From: Anthoceros angustus
Lineage: Eukaryota; Plantae; Anthocerotophyta
NCBI GenBank assembly: GCA_010909165.1
Contig: VJWM01000227.1
Location: 186,001 to 250,000, forward strand
Direction: 5' to 3'
DNA: 64,000 nucleotides
Of this stretch, positions 1 through 10,277 are shown piece after piece. Position 1 is the stretch's first letter. Each line of letters opens with the position of its first letter. The position numbers and the translations under genes were made by a program. Below the pieces are notes generated by a model that was not told the DNA's origin, did no database searches, and saw only the letters and a list, made by a program, of their open reading frames with translations.

Positions 1-154
1 GTTGAGTGAGGAGTAAGCAACCACCCCTCTAGGTGGAACAAGTATACACCAAACACAAACATGGCCCTATCCCAACAGTTGAGTAAGAAGTAAGCAACCA
101 CCCCTCTAGGTAGAACAAGTATACACCAAATACAAACATGGACCCATCCCAACA
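1..154. repeat. 77-bp tandem repeat, 2 copies (may continue left of the window)
   Basis: 1-77 and 78-154 are near-identical (gttgagt.a.gagtaagcaaccacccctctaggt.gaacaagtatacacc...cccaaca) and abut with no spacer. Confidence 0.9.
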
Positions 155-667
155 GAGATCGGCTCCTAGGATGGTGGATTGTGGAGTTTTTGTGCGTTAA
201 GGCGACAATCTCTGAATTTCTATTCTTTGTTAGTTGTAATATCCTTTATTATCTATCTATTGTTTTGGATATAGTTACGATGCACATTGAAGTCGTAGAG
301 TTTCTACCAAATCATGATCTTCAAGATGGCATATCTATATAAAATTTCAGTTTTATATCTGAAGAAACTCTTGATGAAGTAAGTGGATAGCCAAAATACA
401 TTCCTTACATAGGCAGGTATGAGTATCTAATTCCTTTTCTTTTCCACAAACCCACTGCCGAGGGGATGACGAAAATAATTAGGTAGATACCTACTTAGGC
501 ATATGAACCTAGAAAAGAAGTGCGCCTCAAACATCTAACATCGGTGAATGGTATATGGGGGAGCAGTATAAATATCAGGTTTAGGTGGTGATCTAGGAAC
601 AGGGGATGAGCTACAGGGCTTTTAGGTGAACGTGGTAGATGGGGTCAGCAATATAAATGTGAGGGCT

Positions 668-675
668 TAGGGTTT
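668..675 (-). promoter_or_regulatory. Telo-box (AAACCCTA) upstream of ZC3H15-like gene
   Basis: TAGGGTTT at 668-675, ~70 bp before the ATG at 744. Telo-boxes are enriched near plant translation-machinery genes. Confidence 0.5.
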
Positions 676-743
676 GGATTTGCGGAGGTATCATCGTTGC
701 CGCTTGATCCAATTGTTGGAGTGTGGTAGGAGGAGTGGGCAAG

Positions 744-1826
744 ATGCCGCCTAAGGCAGCGCCCAGCAAGGCAGGGAAGGAGAAGCAGAAGGCGGATTTG
801 GCGAAAAAGCAGAAGCTGGTGGAGGACAAGACCTTTGGGTTGAAGAACAAGAACAAGAGCAAAAATGTGCAGAAGTATGTCCAGAGCCTGCACCAGTCTG
901 TGCAGGCCAAGGCCAAGGCCGTGGATGATCCTAAGGCGGCCATGAAGAAGAAGAAGGAGGAAGAGAGCCAGCGGGAGAAGGAGCTGAGCGAGCTGTTCAA
1001 GGTGGCTATCAGCCAGCCCAAGGTGCCGGTTGGGGTGGATCCCAAGTCTGTGGTGTGTGAATTCTTTCGCCGCGGCCAGTGTGCCAAGGGATTCAAGTGT
1101 AAGTACTCTCATGATTTGAGCGTGGAGAGGAAAGGGGAGAAAATCGATGTGTACAGTGATCAGCGGGACACCGATGAAGGTATGGAGGACTGGGATCAGG
1201 AGACCCTTGAGAAGGTGGTTGCGGCCAAGGGACAGGAGTACAACAGCAACAAGCCGACGGAGATTGTGTGCAAGTTCTTCATCGAGGCTGTGGAGAAGAA
1301 GCAGTATGGATGGTTTTGGGTGTGCCCTAACGGAGGCAAGGACTGTCACTACAGGCATGCCCTGCCTCCTGGTTTTGTGATCAAGAGTCAATTGAAGGCC
1401 CTGCTGGAGGAGGAAGGAGAGCGGCTGACTATTGAGGAAGATATCGAGAACCAGAGATCGAAGGTGAAGGGGAACACTATGTTGACTGCTGAGCTGTTCG
1501 CTGAGTGGAAGAGGAAGAAGATGGAGGCAAAGGAAGCCGAGCTTGCTCAGAAGAAGGCAGAGAGGGCTAGGGCAGATCGAATGAGCGGCCGTGAACTGTT
1601 TGCGGCAAATTCAAGTCTGTTTGTGGATGATGCAGAAGCGTTTGATGTCTACGAGAGGCAAGACGAGGACCAAATGGTGCAGGAGTCGTCCAACCAGAAC
1701 GGTGCTGGTGCTGAACACCGCGGGGCAGGATCCAACGATGTTAGAAGCTCTCTCTTCAGCGCAGAGGATGAACAGTTTTTGGCAGAAGATGACGATGATC
1801 TGGATTTGGAGGAGCTGGATGAGTAA
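744..1826 (+). CDS. ZC3H15: CCCH zinc-finger protein, ZC3H15/TMA46/DFRP1 family (DRG GTPase partner), intronless
   Basis: Starts MPPK...EDKTFGLKNKNKSK. Two CCCH fingers (CEFFRRGQCAKGFKCKYSH; CKFFIEAVE...WFWVCPNGGKDCHYRH), an SGRELF motif and an acidic tail. First ATG is 744; 723 is GTG. Confidence 0.93.
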   Translation: MPPKAAPSKAGKEKQKADLAKKQKLVEDKTFGLKNKNKSKNVQKYVQSLHQSVQAKAKAVDDPKAAMKKKKEEESQREKELSELFKVAISQPKVPVGVDPKSVVCEFFRRGQCAKGFKCKYSHDLSVERKGEKIDVYSDQRDTDEGMEDWDQETLEKVVAAKGQEYNSNKPTEIVCKFFIEAVEKKQYGWFWVCPNGGKDCHYRHALPPGFVIKSQLKALLEEEGERLTIEEDIENQRSKVKGNTMLTAELFAEWKRKKMEAKEAELAQKKAERARADRMSGRELFAANSSLFVDDAEAFDVYERQDEDQMVQESSNQNGAGAEHRGAGSNDVRSSLFSAEDEQFLAEDDDDLDLEELDE

Positions 1827-2370
1827 CCCATCACAAGCCCTCTTTCAGGGCTAGGGCCAGCAGTAGTTTCCAGGGATCGAGACAGAAGTCAACGACGAGG
1901 CGAGAGCCACGACCTTCACGATGTTTTTGGGCTGAAGCGTTTCTGCTACCTATTTGGGTGAGGCATGGTCAGGGCAGGTTCTTCTGAGCAATAATTCGCT
2001 GTTTCTGCAATGGTAACCACTCCACCATCACCTTTCCACTCCACCGGGGAATAAACCACCTGTCCTGTGCCGTTCTGCCCCAAGTCTATTTCCCGCGTCT
2101 TGTGCCATCCTACGGCCAAGTGTGTTGATCAAGGTATAGGAAGATGATGAGAAGACGGAACTCCCTTGCTACGGGATGGCGTTCTGTATGTACTGGTCAC
2201 CCCTTCCAACATGTGCTCCTCCATGGTAGCCGGGTTTCTCGTCCCTTCATCTGTGTGGCAGTTGCTTGCTGCGTGCCAGGGACTGGGACCAAGAGCTGTG
2301 TGCAAGGGGGATTTATTAGATTAGACCACAGGGGATGGATGCTGTTCTGAAGCGTGCGTAGACTTCGTCT

Positions 2371-2406
2371 GGCTGGCTGGCTGGTTGGCTGGTTGGCTGG
2401 CTGGCT
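2371..2406. repeat. (GGCT/GGTT)n microsatellite
   Basis: ggctggctggctggttggctggttggctggctggct. Confidence 0.8.
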
Positions 2407-2798
2407 TCGCGTGTGCCTCCTTGTGTTTGTAAAGCAGATGCTGTAGGGAAGATCGGCGATGGCAAGTTGCTGGTTTAGGGATCCTCATCCTGGAGGAGGG
2501 TTTCGGCCCCTGGGCAGGGGGCAGGGCATATGCATGTATTAGGTAGTGAGACCGTGTGTTTCGCTGGCAGCATATTGCTGATCCAAACTAGCCCGCGTTT
2601 GTTCTTCCGAGGCACACTCAGAAACTCTGCCGACGCAAGCTGGCGCTATCTAGGCTTTCACCTCGCGCAGATACAACGTTTGTAAACAATTATCCCGCCG
2701 GAGTTGTGTCATGGGAGAGCCTGGGAGTCGCCCCAAGCGGCGCGCCGGACAGTGATGGCCTCGGCTACCCTGGGGGTGGAGGTGATGACAGCGACCAC

Positions 2799-4151
2799 AT
2801 GGCTGCCATAGCCTCCAGCTTGTGCCCCGCAGCGCGTGTTACGTCAGTGAGGATATTGCCGCGCGGCGGCGGAGGAGGAGGAGGCGGAGGCGGATACGGC
2901 GCGGCGTGCTGCGCCTACGGGCAGAGCGGCGTGGGATTCTGCACCTTCCCCGGGGGCTCTGGGACCTTCATCGGGCGGGCGAGGCGGGTGGAGGAAGCGG
3001 CGAAGCAGGAGGCGGACGGGAGCAGCAGCAGCAGCGCCGTGAATTGGAGCTGGAACGGGCGCAGCGGCAGCAGCGGGGACAGGATGGCGGAGAACGGGGC
3101 CGGCTTGGACATCCCTACCCTGCCTCTGGCGTCGGCGCTGGCGGCGAGCGCGGCGGAGGCGGCCATCACCATGGGGCCGGCGTGCGGGCTCCTGGACCGG
3201 CCTAACAAGAAGCAGGTGTGCCTGTTCTACTGCAGCGAGACGGAGGATCTGGCGCAGCGTATCGCCAAGCAGACGGACTCCATCCAGCTGCAGACCATCG
3301 TGTGGAAGACGTTCGCGGACGGCTTCCCCAACCTCTTCGTCCCCAACGCGCACGGCATCCGGGGCCAGCACGTGGCCTTCCTGGCCTCCTTCAGCTCTCC
3401 CAGGTCCATCTTCGAGCAGCTGTCGGTGATCTACGCGCTGCCACGGATGTTCGTGTCTTCCTTCACCCTGGTGCTGCCATTCTTTCCAACGGGGACTCTG
3501 GAGCGGATGGAGGACGAGGGGGACATCGCCACCGCCTTTACCCTAGCCCGGATCCTGTCCAACATCCCCATCTCCAGGGGCGGGCCGACCAGTCTGGTCA
3601 TCTTCGACATCCACGCCCTGCAGGAGCGCTTCTACTTCGGCGACCACGTGCTGCCCTGCTTCGAGAGCGGCATCCCCTTGCTCAAGCACCGCCTCCACCA
3701 GCTCCCGGACTCGCTCAACGTCAGCGTCGCCTTCCCGGACGAGGGCGCCTGGAAGCGCTTCCACATGCAGCTGCAGCACTTCCCCACCATCGTGTGCACC
3801 AAGGTGCGGGAAGGGGAGAACAGGATTGTGACCTTGAAGGAAGGCGACCCCAAGGGCAGGCACGTCGTTATCGTGGACGACCTGGTCCAGTCCGGCTCCA
3901 CCCTCATAGAGTGCCAGAAGCTGCTGGCCAGGCACGGGGCTTGCAAGGTGAGCGCCTACGCCACCCACGGCGTCTTCCCCGAGCGCTCCTTCGAGCGCTT
4001 TCAGCACGACAGCGGCCTGGGGTCTGAGCACGGCTTCGCCCATTTCTGGATCACCGATTCTTGTCCTCTGACTGTGAAGGCCGTCATGGGCAGGCCCCCA
4101 TTTGAGGTTCTCAGCCTGGCTGGACCCATTGCCGCTGCACTGCACATCTAG
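2799..4151 (+). CDS. PRS4: Ribose-phosphate pyrophosphokinase, plant class II (PRS3/PRS4-like), intronless, with a transit-peptide-like N-terminus
   Basis: Motifs [63 protein letters not shown] motif [14 protein letters not shown] and FWITDSCP. First in-frame ATG is 2799; a second is at 3084. Confidence 0.93.
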   Translation: MAAIASSLCPAARVTSVRILPRGGGGGGGGGGYGAACCAYGQSGVGFCTFPGGSGTFIGRARRVEEAAKQEADGSSSSSAVNWSWNGRSGSSGDRMAENGAGLDIPTLPLASALAASAAEAAITMGPACGLLDRPNKKQVCLFYCSETEDLAQRIAKQTDSIQLQTIVWKTFADGFPNLFVPNAHGIRGQHVAFLASFSSPRSIFEQLSVIYALPRMFVSSFTLVLPFFPTGTLERMEDEGDIATAFTLARILSNIPISRGGPTSLVIFDIHALQERFYFGDHVLPCFESGIPLLKHRLHQLPDSLNVSVAFPDEGAWKRFHMQLQHFPTIVCTKVREGENRIVTLKEGDPKGRHVVIVDDLVQSGSTLIECQKLLARHGACKVSAYATHGVFPERSFERFQHDSGLGSEHGFAHFWITDSCPLTVKAVMGRPPFEVLSLAGPIAAALHI

Positions 4152-5159
4152 CTCTTCTTTTTGTAGGCTGGCACCAATGGAGGCTTTTATTTTTGCCGGA
4201 CGTAGTATTTATTGTACAGGGTGAGCGTATGCATGACCAGTGCACGGCATGAATTCTGCTGTCCTACTTTCCATACTCCTTTTTGTGATGCAACAATTCG
4301 CCGCCCTGTCGATTTTCAGACCCGTCAACCTGAATTCCTCCAAGTCGTGGGCGTGCGGGCTACAGACCTAACTTCACTTGCTTGGTCTCGCTATGCGACA
4401 CCCGCTTTTTTCTTATGAAATGGTCCATAGCACGCGCTACTCACGTGAGACTCCTCCACTTACAGACGGCTCTCCTCCTCCTGCACCTTTCTAGCAGTTC
4501 ACTGCCTACCTGTATAAGTAAGAACCGCAAGTCTGCAACTGGCTACACAAGTCACATTCCGTATTGCACTGACCACACGAGAAAGTGCTAACACACTACG
4601 CAACTGGATTATCTACAGGGGCACAAACTCTCCTCATGTTCCCATTCCGGCAGACAGGTGGGTCATCTCATTCCTGCAATTTCCCTAGTCACGAACTTTC
4701 GTGAAAAGCCAGCGGAGGGCCAGCCTGGATGTATGCAGCAACACCACCGCTGAAACAATTGTATTGCACAAACGTCGATGGTCCAAGTTTAAGAGCCTAA
4801 GAGTAACTTACACTGTTTCTGACTCCTGGACTGCAGGCAACCAAGTTCTTCAGATCAGACTTAAGAACAAGCCTACAGGATTTCCAAGGTTTCCTGCAAG
4901 CTGGAGCTTGTGACCCTACTCTCAACTCTCACCCTCCCCCCAACAAGTAGTATCAATACGAGAAAGCATCGTATTCCACTCATAACAGCCCCATGGTTGA
5001 CCACAGCCGTGACACTTGGCAAGGTCAACCTGTGCTTTCAAATACAGCTCAGGCAAGCAGAACCGGACATGGCAGCCGGCCAAAAGCTCATGTCTTGGCT
5101 TCTCGAAAAGCCAATGCCGGCACACAGCTTTCAGCACCCGAGCCTCATAAACATGTAAA

Positions 5160-7175
5160 TTATCTGCTGACGCGGGTCATCCCCCGTCCCTCAAACAGGT
5201 CATTGATCAAGCGCTCCAGATCTTCCGGGTTGTACTTGATATACTTATCTGGATGCCTGCCTGTATCCAAGTAGTTCCCATACCGTCCCAGAAAAGCTCG
5301 ATAAGCAGGCACGAGGCGGTCCTCTATGGAAATCCGCAGTTCATCCCTCAGTTGAGGATCAGGAACTATCCAGGCAGATTGCGCCTTGTGAATCTCGTCG
5401 ATGGCTGCATTGAAGCTCTTGAACCTCTCCTTCAGCACCACCCTGGAGACTCCACTTGATAGGGAGCCACCGCTGCCATGAATGCCCTCATCCTTTAAGC
5501 AGTTGAAGACTTTGCCCCAAGCAGCCCTCTGGTAGTTAGTGGCGCACTGGCGGACAAATCCTGTGCGCTTCTTAACCCAATCATCTCCCAGCAGAGTTCG
5601 GACTTCATCCGAACACCTCACTTTCTGCACAATGTAGTGCACGTTGTTCATCAAGAACAGATACGTCAGGGCGTTGTCCTTGTAAAGCTTGGACTTGAGC
5701 TCCAAGTTCGACTGCAACACATGGGTGATGACCATTGTCTGTGCAGCTAAGGGGGACAGCTGGTCACGTGCCCCCTTCCCACTCTCGTCCAGAATGTCCG
5801 CTTCCGCCGGCAGTCCGGGAGGAGAAGTCTTCTTGTCCCCAAACAGCTGCTCCAAGGTATCCATGTACACAAACAGAAACGTTATGTAGTTCATGACATA
5901 CCGAGTGAGCGGATGCACTGCTCCACCACCCACAGCATTCCGGGCGGTATCCCTCTGTATGGCGTTCTCGAATTCCGCAAACGTGCCACGGGCGGCCTCC
6001 CCGAGACGCATCACAATCCCAGATGCCTCAGACCTCACACTGCCGCATAACTCACCCGAGAAGATGGTCTCGACATCAAGGAGCAGATCCCTCAGCGTCT
6101 CGTAAATGTCAAGAATCTTGAACAGCTTCTCCGGGGACCGCCGACTGATGGCTATGGCTTCACTGAAATGCAGCAGATCATTGATTGCAGACTTGGACAA
6201 CTCCGCAAAACAGGTCTCCCGCACGGAAGCCGGGAAAATCTGGTCGCAAAGACGCCGCTCGCTGGCAAACAACACCTTGACAGCAACCTTGATGGCCTGG
6301 ATCCACTTCTTGATTTTGGTCTCCAGCACCTCCCAGGTCATCTTCTGCACCTCATCTATACTGGTCTTCTCTACTCCCAACCTATACAAGCTCTCCTCCA
6401 GCACCGCCTTCCGCACCGTGGCATACACCTGGCAGCATTCCCTCTGATACCCGGCCCTCACCATGCGCAGCGCGATGTCATGGAGATCCGGCACAATGTC
6501 CGGCGGCAGCAGGTACAGCGTCGGCTGCAGGTTGTCCCCGACCGGATCCGCCACGGGCACCTCCTCATCCAGCACCTCCTCCCCGGACTCGCTCAGCGCC
6601 GTGGCCGCCTCCACCGCGTCCTCCGCGTTCGCATTGGACGTGAAAGACCCCGAGAGCGTGTCCAACAACCAGTCCGGCGACACGGACTCGCTCCGCTGCA
6701 CCAGCATGTGCCGGAACTCCTCCTCCAGCCGCGCCATAGCCAGCTGCACCAGATTCTGCGCCCGGTTGCTCAGCCCCGGGCTGTTTGCATGCGCCAGGGC
6801 CTCGCAGATCTCCTGCACCTCGTCCACGGCCTGCAGGTACGTGCTGATCTCCTCCTCCGAGGACTCCCAGATCATGGACTGCTGCGCGGCCTCCGAGCTT
6901 GCCATGTCCCACTGCATCACCACCTCCTCCGCCGACTGCAGCGTCGCCTCCAGATTGTGCGGCAGCGCCGGCGGCTGCAGCGGCTGCGCCGGCAGGCTCT
7001 CCACCTGCTTCCGGCTGCTCACCAGGGATCCGTTCATGGTGGTGAACCGGCCGTCGAATTTGGACAAGATCTGGAGCATGTCGTCCGTCATGGTGTCGGT
7101 GGTGCCGAGAGTGCGCACAATGTGCTGCGCCGTGGCGATCACCCGCTCCTCCCCGTCCTCAACCGCGTTCGCCAT
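5160..7175 (-). CDS. EXO70: Exocyst subunit Exo70 (EXO70B/F-like clade), intronless
   Basis: Motifs GEERVIATAQHIVRTL...KFDGRF, AMARLEEEFR, RRSPEKLFKILDIYE, GGAVHPLTRYVMNY, LFLMNNVHYIVQK, WIVPDPQLRDELR and YIKY.PEDLE. ATG at 7175; 7217 is GTG. Confidence 0.95.
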   Translation of the reverse strand: MANAVEDGEERVIATAQHIVRTLGTTDTMTDDMLQILSKFDGRFTTMNGSLVSSRKQVESLPAQPLQPPALPHNLEATLQSAEEVVMQWDMASSEAAQQSMIWESSEEEISTYLQAVDEVQEICEALAHANSPGLSNRAQNLVQLAMARLEEEFRHMLVQRSESVSPDWLLDTLSGSFTSNANAEDAVEAATALSESGEEVLDEEVPVADPVGDNLQPTLYLLPPDIVPDLHDIALRMVRAGYQRECCQVYATVRKAVLEESLYRLGVEKTSIDEVQKMTWEVLETKIKKWIQAIKVAVKVLFASERRLCDQIFPASVRETCFAELSKSAINDLLHFSEAIAISRRSPEKLFKILDIYETLRDLLLDVETIFSGELCGSVRSEASGIVMRLGEAARGTFAEFENAIQRDTARNAVGGGAVHPLTRYVMNYITFLFVYMDTLEQLFGDKKTSPPGLPAEADILDESGKGARDQLSPLAAQTMVITHVLQSNLELKSKLYKDNALTYLFLMNNVHYIVQKVRCSDEVRTLLGDDWVKKRTGFVRQCATNYQRAAWGKVFNCLKDEGIHGSGGSLSSGVSRVVLKERFKSFNAAIDEIHKAQSAWIVPDPQLRDELRISIEDRLVPAYRAFLGRYGNYLDTGRHPDKYIKYNPEDLERLINDLFEGRGMTRVSR

Positions 7176-7396
7176 AGCTCGCTGCCTCCCCCGCTCAAAC
7201 CCGCGCCATCTCGGCACAAGGCATTAGGGCTTGCTCCCCTCCTGGCAGAGAGCAGCTCCGGCCTGCCTGAGCCTCCCCCTCACCATCATGTGCGTGTGCC
7301 GCTGCCGCATCTCATGCGCAACAGGCTCGCCCCCTCGCAGCAGCTGCCTAACTGCGGAAGGAGCCGGAAACACAGCAGCACAACAGGCACAGCTCC

Positions 7397-7446
7397 TCCT
7401 TCCCCTTCCCCTTTCCCTTCCCCTTCCCCTTCCCCTTCCCCTTCCC
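7397..7446. repeat. (CCCTTC)n pyrimidine tract in the Exo70 5' region
   Basis: ccttccccttcccctttcccttccccttccccttcccc... Confidence 0.8.
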
Positions 7447-8864
7447 GTGCCCGTGCCCCTACCGCTTCCACCGCAACGCGCAGTCCCGAGCACTCATCCG
7501 ATGCAAAAAATGGCACCCCGCTATGCCACGGGAATAGATGGTTGGATGCCTTCATTGTAAGCCCGAGAAACCCCTTCCCCACGCCAGCCGCGCCCGCCCT
7601 ATATTTCCCATCTCGCTCCACGGCACGGCGTGCATGGGACCGGGTAGTTCTAGCCCGGTTGCCCGCCACCAAGATCGAGGCTCGTGTGCCGCTCCGCTGA
7701 AACCGCGGCGCGGGCCTGCACGTTGCCAAAGTAGCCCACACTGGCCCCACGCTACCTCCTGTAGTCTGTGCCCCTCTTCTCTCTGCTTCTGCCTTTCGTG
7801 CCTTTCGTCCCATCGCAACTAAAAACCTAAAACCAATAAAGGCTAAACAATAAATTTTAACCCAATAAAAAAACTAGTTTGTACTACCTAACCTCATCCC
7901 TACATGACAATATTCCCATAGATTCTGGCCTTGCCTAACTTCGCCCACGACATTGTTTAACCTTCTTCTTGTCTTCGCTTGCTCGCGGTGTTGACGTTCT
8001 TTCCTAAGGTGCTCAAATGACATATCACTAGTGCTGCCAACTTCCATCACAAGTATTGACCAGCCTCTCAAGTTTCTCAAAGCTTTGATTAGTTTCAGCA
8101 CGGACCAGGTGTTCCAGTAGTAAAGATGTACAGGCTGCCAGAGACGCATGCAGGATCAGCTTTCAGACACTGCAGTACCTTACAAGCAATGTTTGGGTGG
8201 TCAGATGCTATGCCAGCTCTTCGCACACTTGAGAGGTCTCCAGGGTTGAGGTCACCCCCGTTGGCACAAGAAAGAAGCAAAACTGTACAGCAAACACAAC
8301 TCAAAAGATTGGGCTACAACCTGACAATGATGCAAACTGCAGAAGTGATCAATCATCAGTAACTTTGAAAGAGTGCTTTGGATGGCATTTTGACGGGGCC
8401 AATGTTCGCAATAGCAGGGGGTGCAGGTTTTCCCAGTCCCGTTCTACTATCGTTTCTCAACACGGTTGTCACACAGCATTGCACAATTACGCTAAGCTTC
8501 AGACAGTCAAGGGTTTGCAGGCTGGTGCCGGACAAGAGTGAACCATCATCTCCCTGTACAAAACACTCTTAGGGCTGCCAACAGCTGCACGAGACCAGGA
8601 CTTTGCTCTTTATTTGGGAGTAAGTAGTTGTACTCTGCTTAGGGTTTGTGTTGATCTCTAAGCTGTTGGTGTGCTCAAGGAGCAGGGGAGTGCAGGACAA
8701 TAGGGTGCGTTGGGATGCCAGATGCTGGTAGTGGACTCGTAGAGTGCTTCACTAGGTGTGAACAAGGACGAAATGAGAACTAGGATGGACTCAACATAAT
8801 TGGACACCTCGTTAATACCAACCTCAACCAGTCCGAGAGAGCTGCCACACGTCCGCCCGACGCC

Positions 8865-9597
8865 ATGGTGGGACGCTGCTCGCTTAACCTGTCTTGGTGC
8901 TGATGAAAATTGAGGGTTCCGACAAGATTGTGAAGAAGCGTGTGTTGGGGTTTGAACTCGGGTGCGCTCGGATTTGGTTTCTCTGACCCTCTGTCTGTGG
9001 TTGCAGTCAGGACGCAAAGAGACTGTTCTGGATTTGGCAAAGTTTGTAGACAAGGGTGTGTCGGTGAAGCTGAGTGGCGGCAGGCAGGGTAAGCGCATTC
9101 GTCCTCCGGTAGCATAGGATTCTTGCAATCCTGGCCAGCCTTGCCATTGTTGCTCATCAGTCTCTTGTCTTGAGTGTTCCGCAGTGACGGGCGTGTTGAA
9201 AGGATACGATCAGCTTCTGAACTTGGTGCTGGATGACACCGTGGAGAACTTGCGAGGTATTGGAGTCAGGGTTCCTGCGTCTTGAACTGGCTGAGTGTGG
9301 CAGCTTTGGTGTTGGCTGGCTGTTCTGGTGGATCCTAATTGAATGACTCTACTCATTTGCAGATCAGGATGATCCGCTGAAGACCACCGACCAGACCAGA
9401 TTTCTTGGTCTCATCGTAAGCCCAAGCCCCGGGACCTTTCTGCAGGGAGGGATATTTGGTTTCTGTTGGAGAGGATGTTTTCTAAGGCGGCTGTGAACGT
9501 TTGACAGGTTTGCAGAGGGACGGCAGTGATGCTCGTCGCTCCCACCGATGGCACAGATGAAATTGCTAACCCATTTCTGCAGCCGGATGGAGCTTAG
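8865..9597 (+). CDS. LSM7: Sm-like protein LSM7, 5 exons (8865-8867, 9007-9088, 9185-9256, 9363-9415, 9508-9597)
   Basis: Spliced product MSGRKETVLDLAKFVDKGVSVKLSGGRQVTGVLKGYDQLLNLVLDDTVENLRDQDDPLKTTDQTRFLGLIVCRGTAVMLVAPTDGTDEIANPFLQPDGA*. All introns are GT-AG and in phase. Missed by the ORF track. Telo-box TAGGGTTT at 8640-8647. Confidence 0.95.
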
Positions 9598-10277
9598 GGG
9601 CTTCCTCTGGCATCTCTCTCGCCAACATGCAAGTTTGGAAGTCAAGATAAATTAGGTTTGCGGTACGACTGGTTGAGGAAGTTGAGATTTTTGTAGCGGC
9701 ACAGATTGCAGGCTCCGGTCCTTCAGTGATTGGGTTCATACTCTGTCTGCAGTTGAGATCTTTGAGTTAAATTACATCCCACGTAAACCTCGCCCAGGGT
9801 TTGCTTGGAGAAAGCTTTGTTCGGAAGCTGAACACTTGCTTCAAGTACTGTGAAGAAAAAGGTGATACAAATGCCAGACATTGCCTCCTGCCGGATCTCT
9901 TGATATGCACTTTTGGAACGGAGCCCTTCCGGAGCCACTAGGCCTACAGTAAGCAGGCAGAGAACAAATATATTATCCAAGAAACCAAACATGTTCCCCA
10001 CCGAGATGGTTGTTTCTTGGTTGAAAGGCACTGGTTTTGTGCCTGGTTTTGTAAATAGGATTCTTCTGTGTTCAATTGACGGTGCAGAATGCGCGAAGCC
10101 GGATTTGAGCCAGCGCTTTGTACACTGCTTACATGATTGGTGTTTGCAGCTCCGTGGCACAGGCCACTCAGCGAGGAAGCAGCCAGCCAGCGCTAGCTAT
10201 CCCGATTCCTTCCCCTCGCATTGCGCATTGATATTCGCTGTTTCGGCTTGTGGGCGAGACACAGCTAGCTCCCTGCT

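Noticed and set aside
1-154. Direct repeats as a possible CRISPR array
   Set aside because: The 77-bp units abut with no unique spacers, the context is eukaryotic, and there are no cas genes.
645-1391. Minus-strand 248-aa and 161-aa ORFs
   Set aside because: Antisense shadows of the ZC3H15-like CDS.
2144-2350. Box C (ATGATGA) and box D (CTGA) pair as a possible snoRNA
   Set aside because: Spacing is ~200 nt with no terminal stem or recognisable rRNA guide; the motifs are expected by chance.
3218-4145. 269-aa alternative-frame and 200-aa antisense ORFs within PRS
   Set aside because: By-products of high GC codon bias; no recognisable features.
6168-7700. 510-aa plus-strand ORF (and 254-aa ORF at 6463-7227)
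   Set aside because: Antisense shadow of GC3-rich Exo70; low-complexity His/Arg/Leu translation with no motifs.
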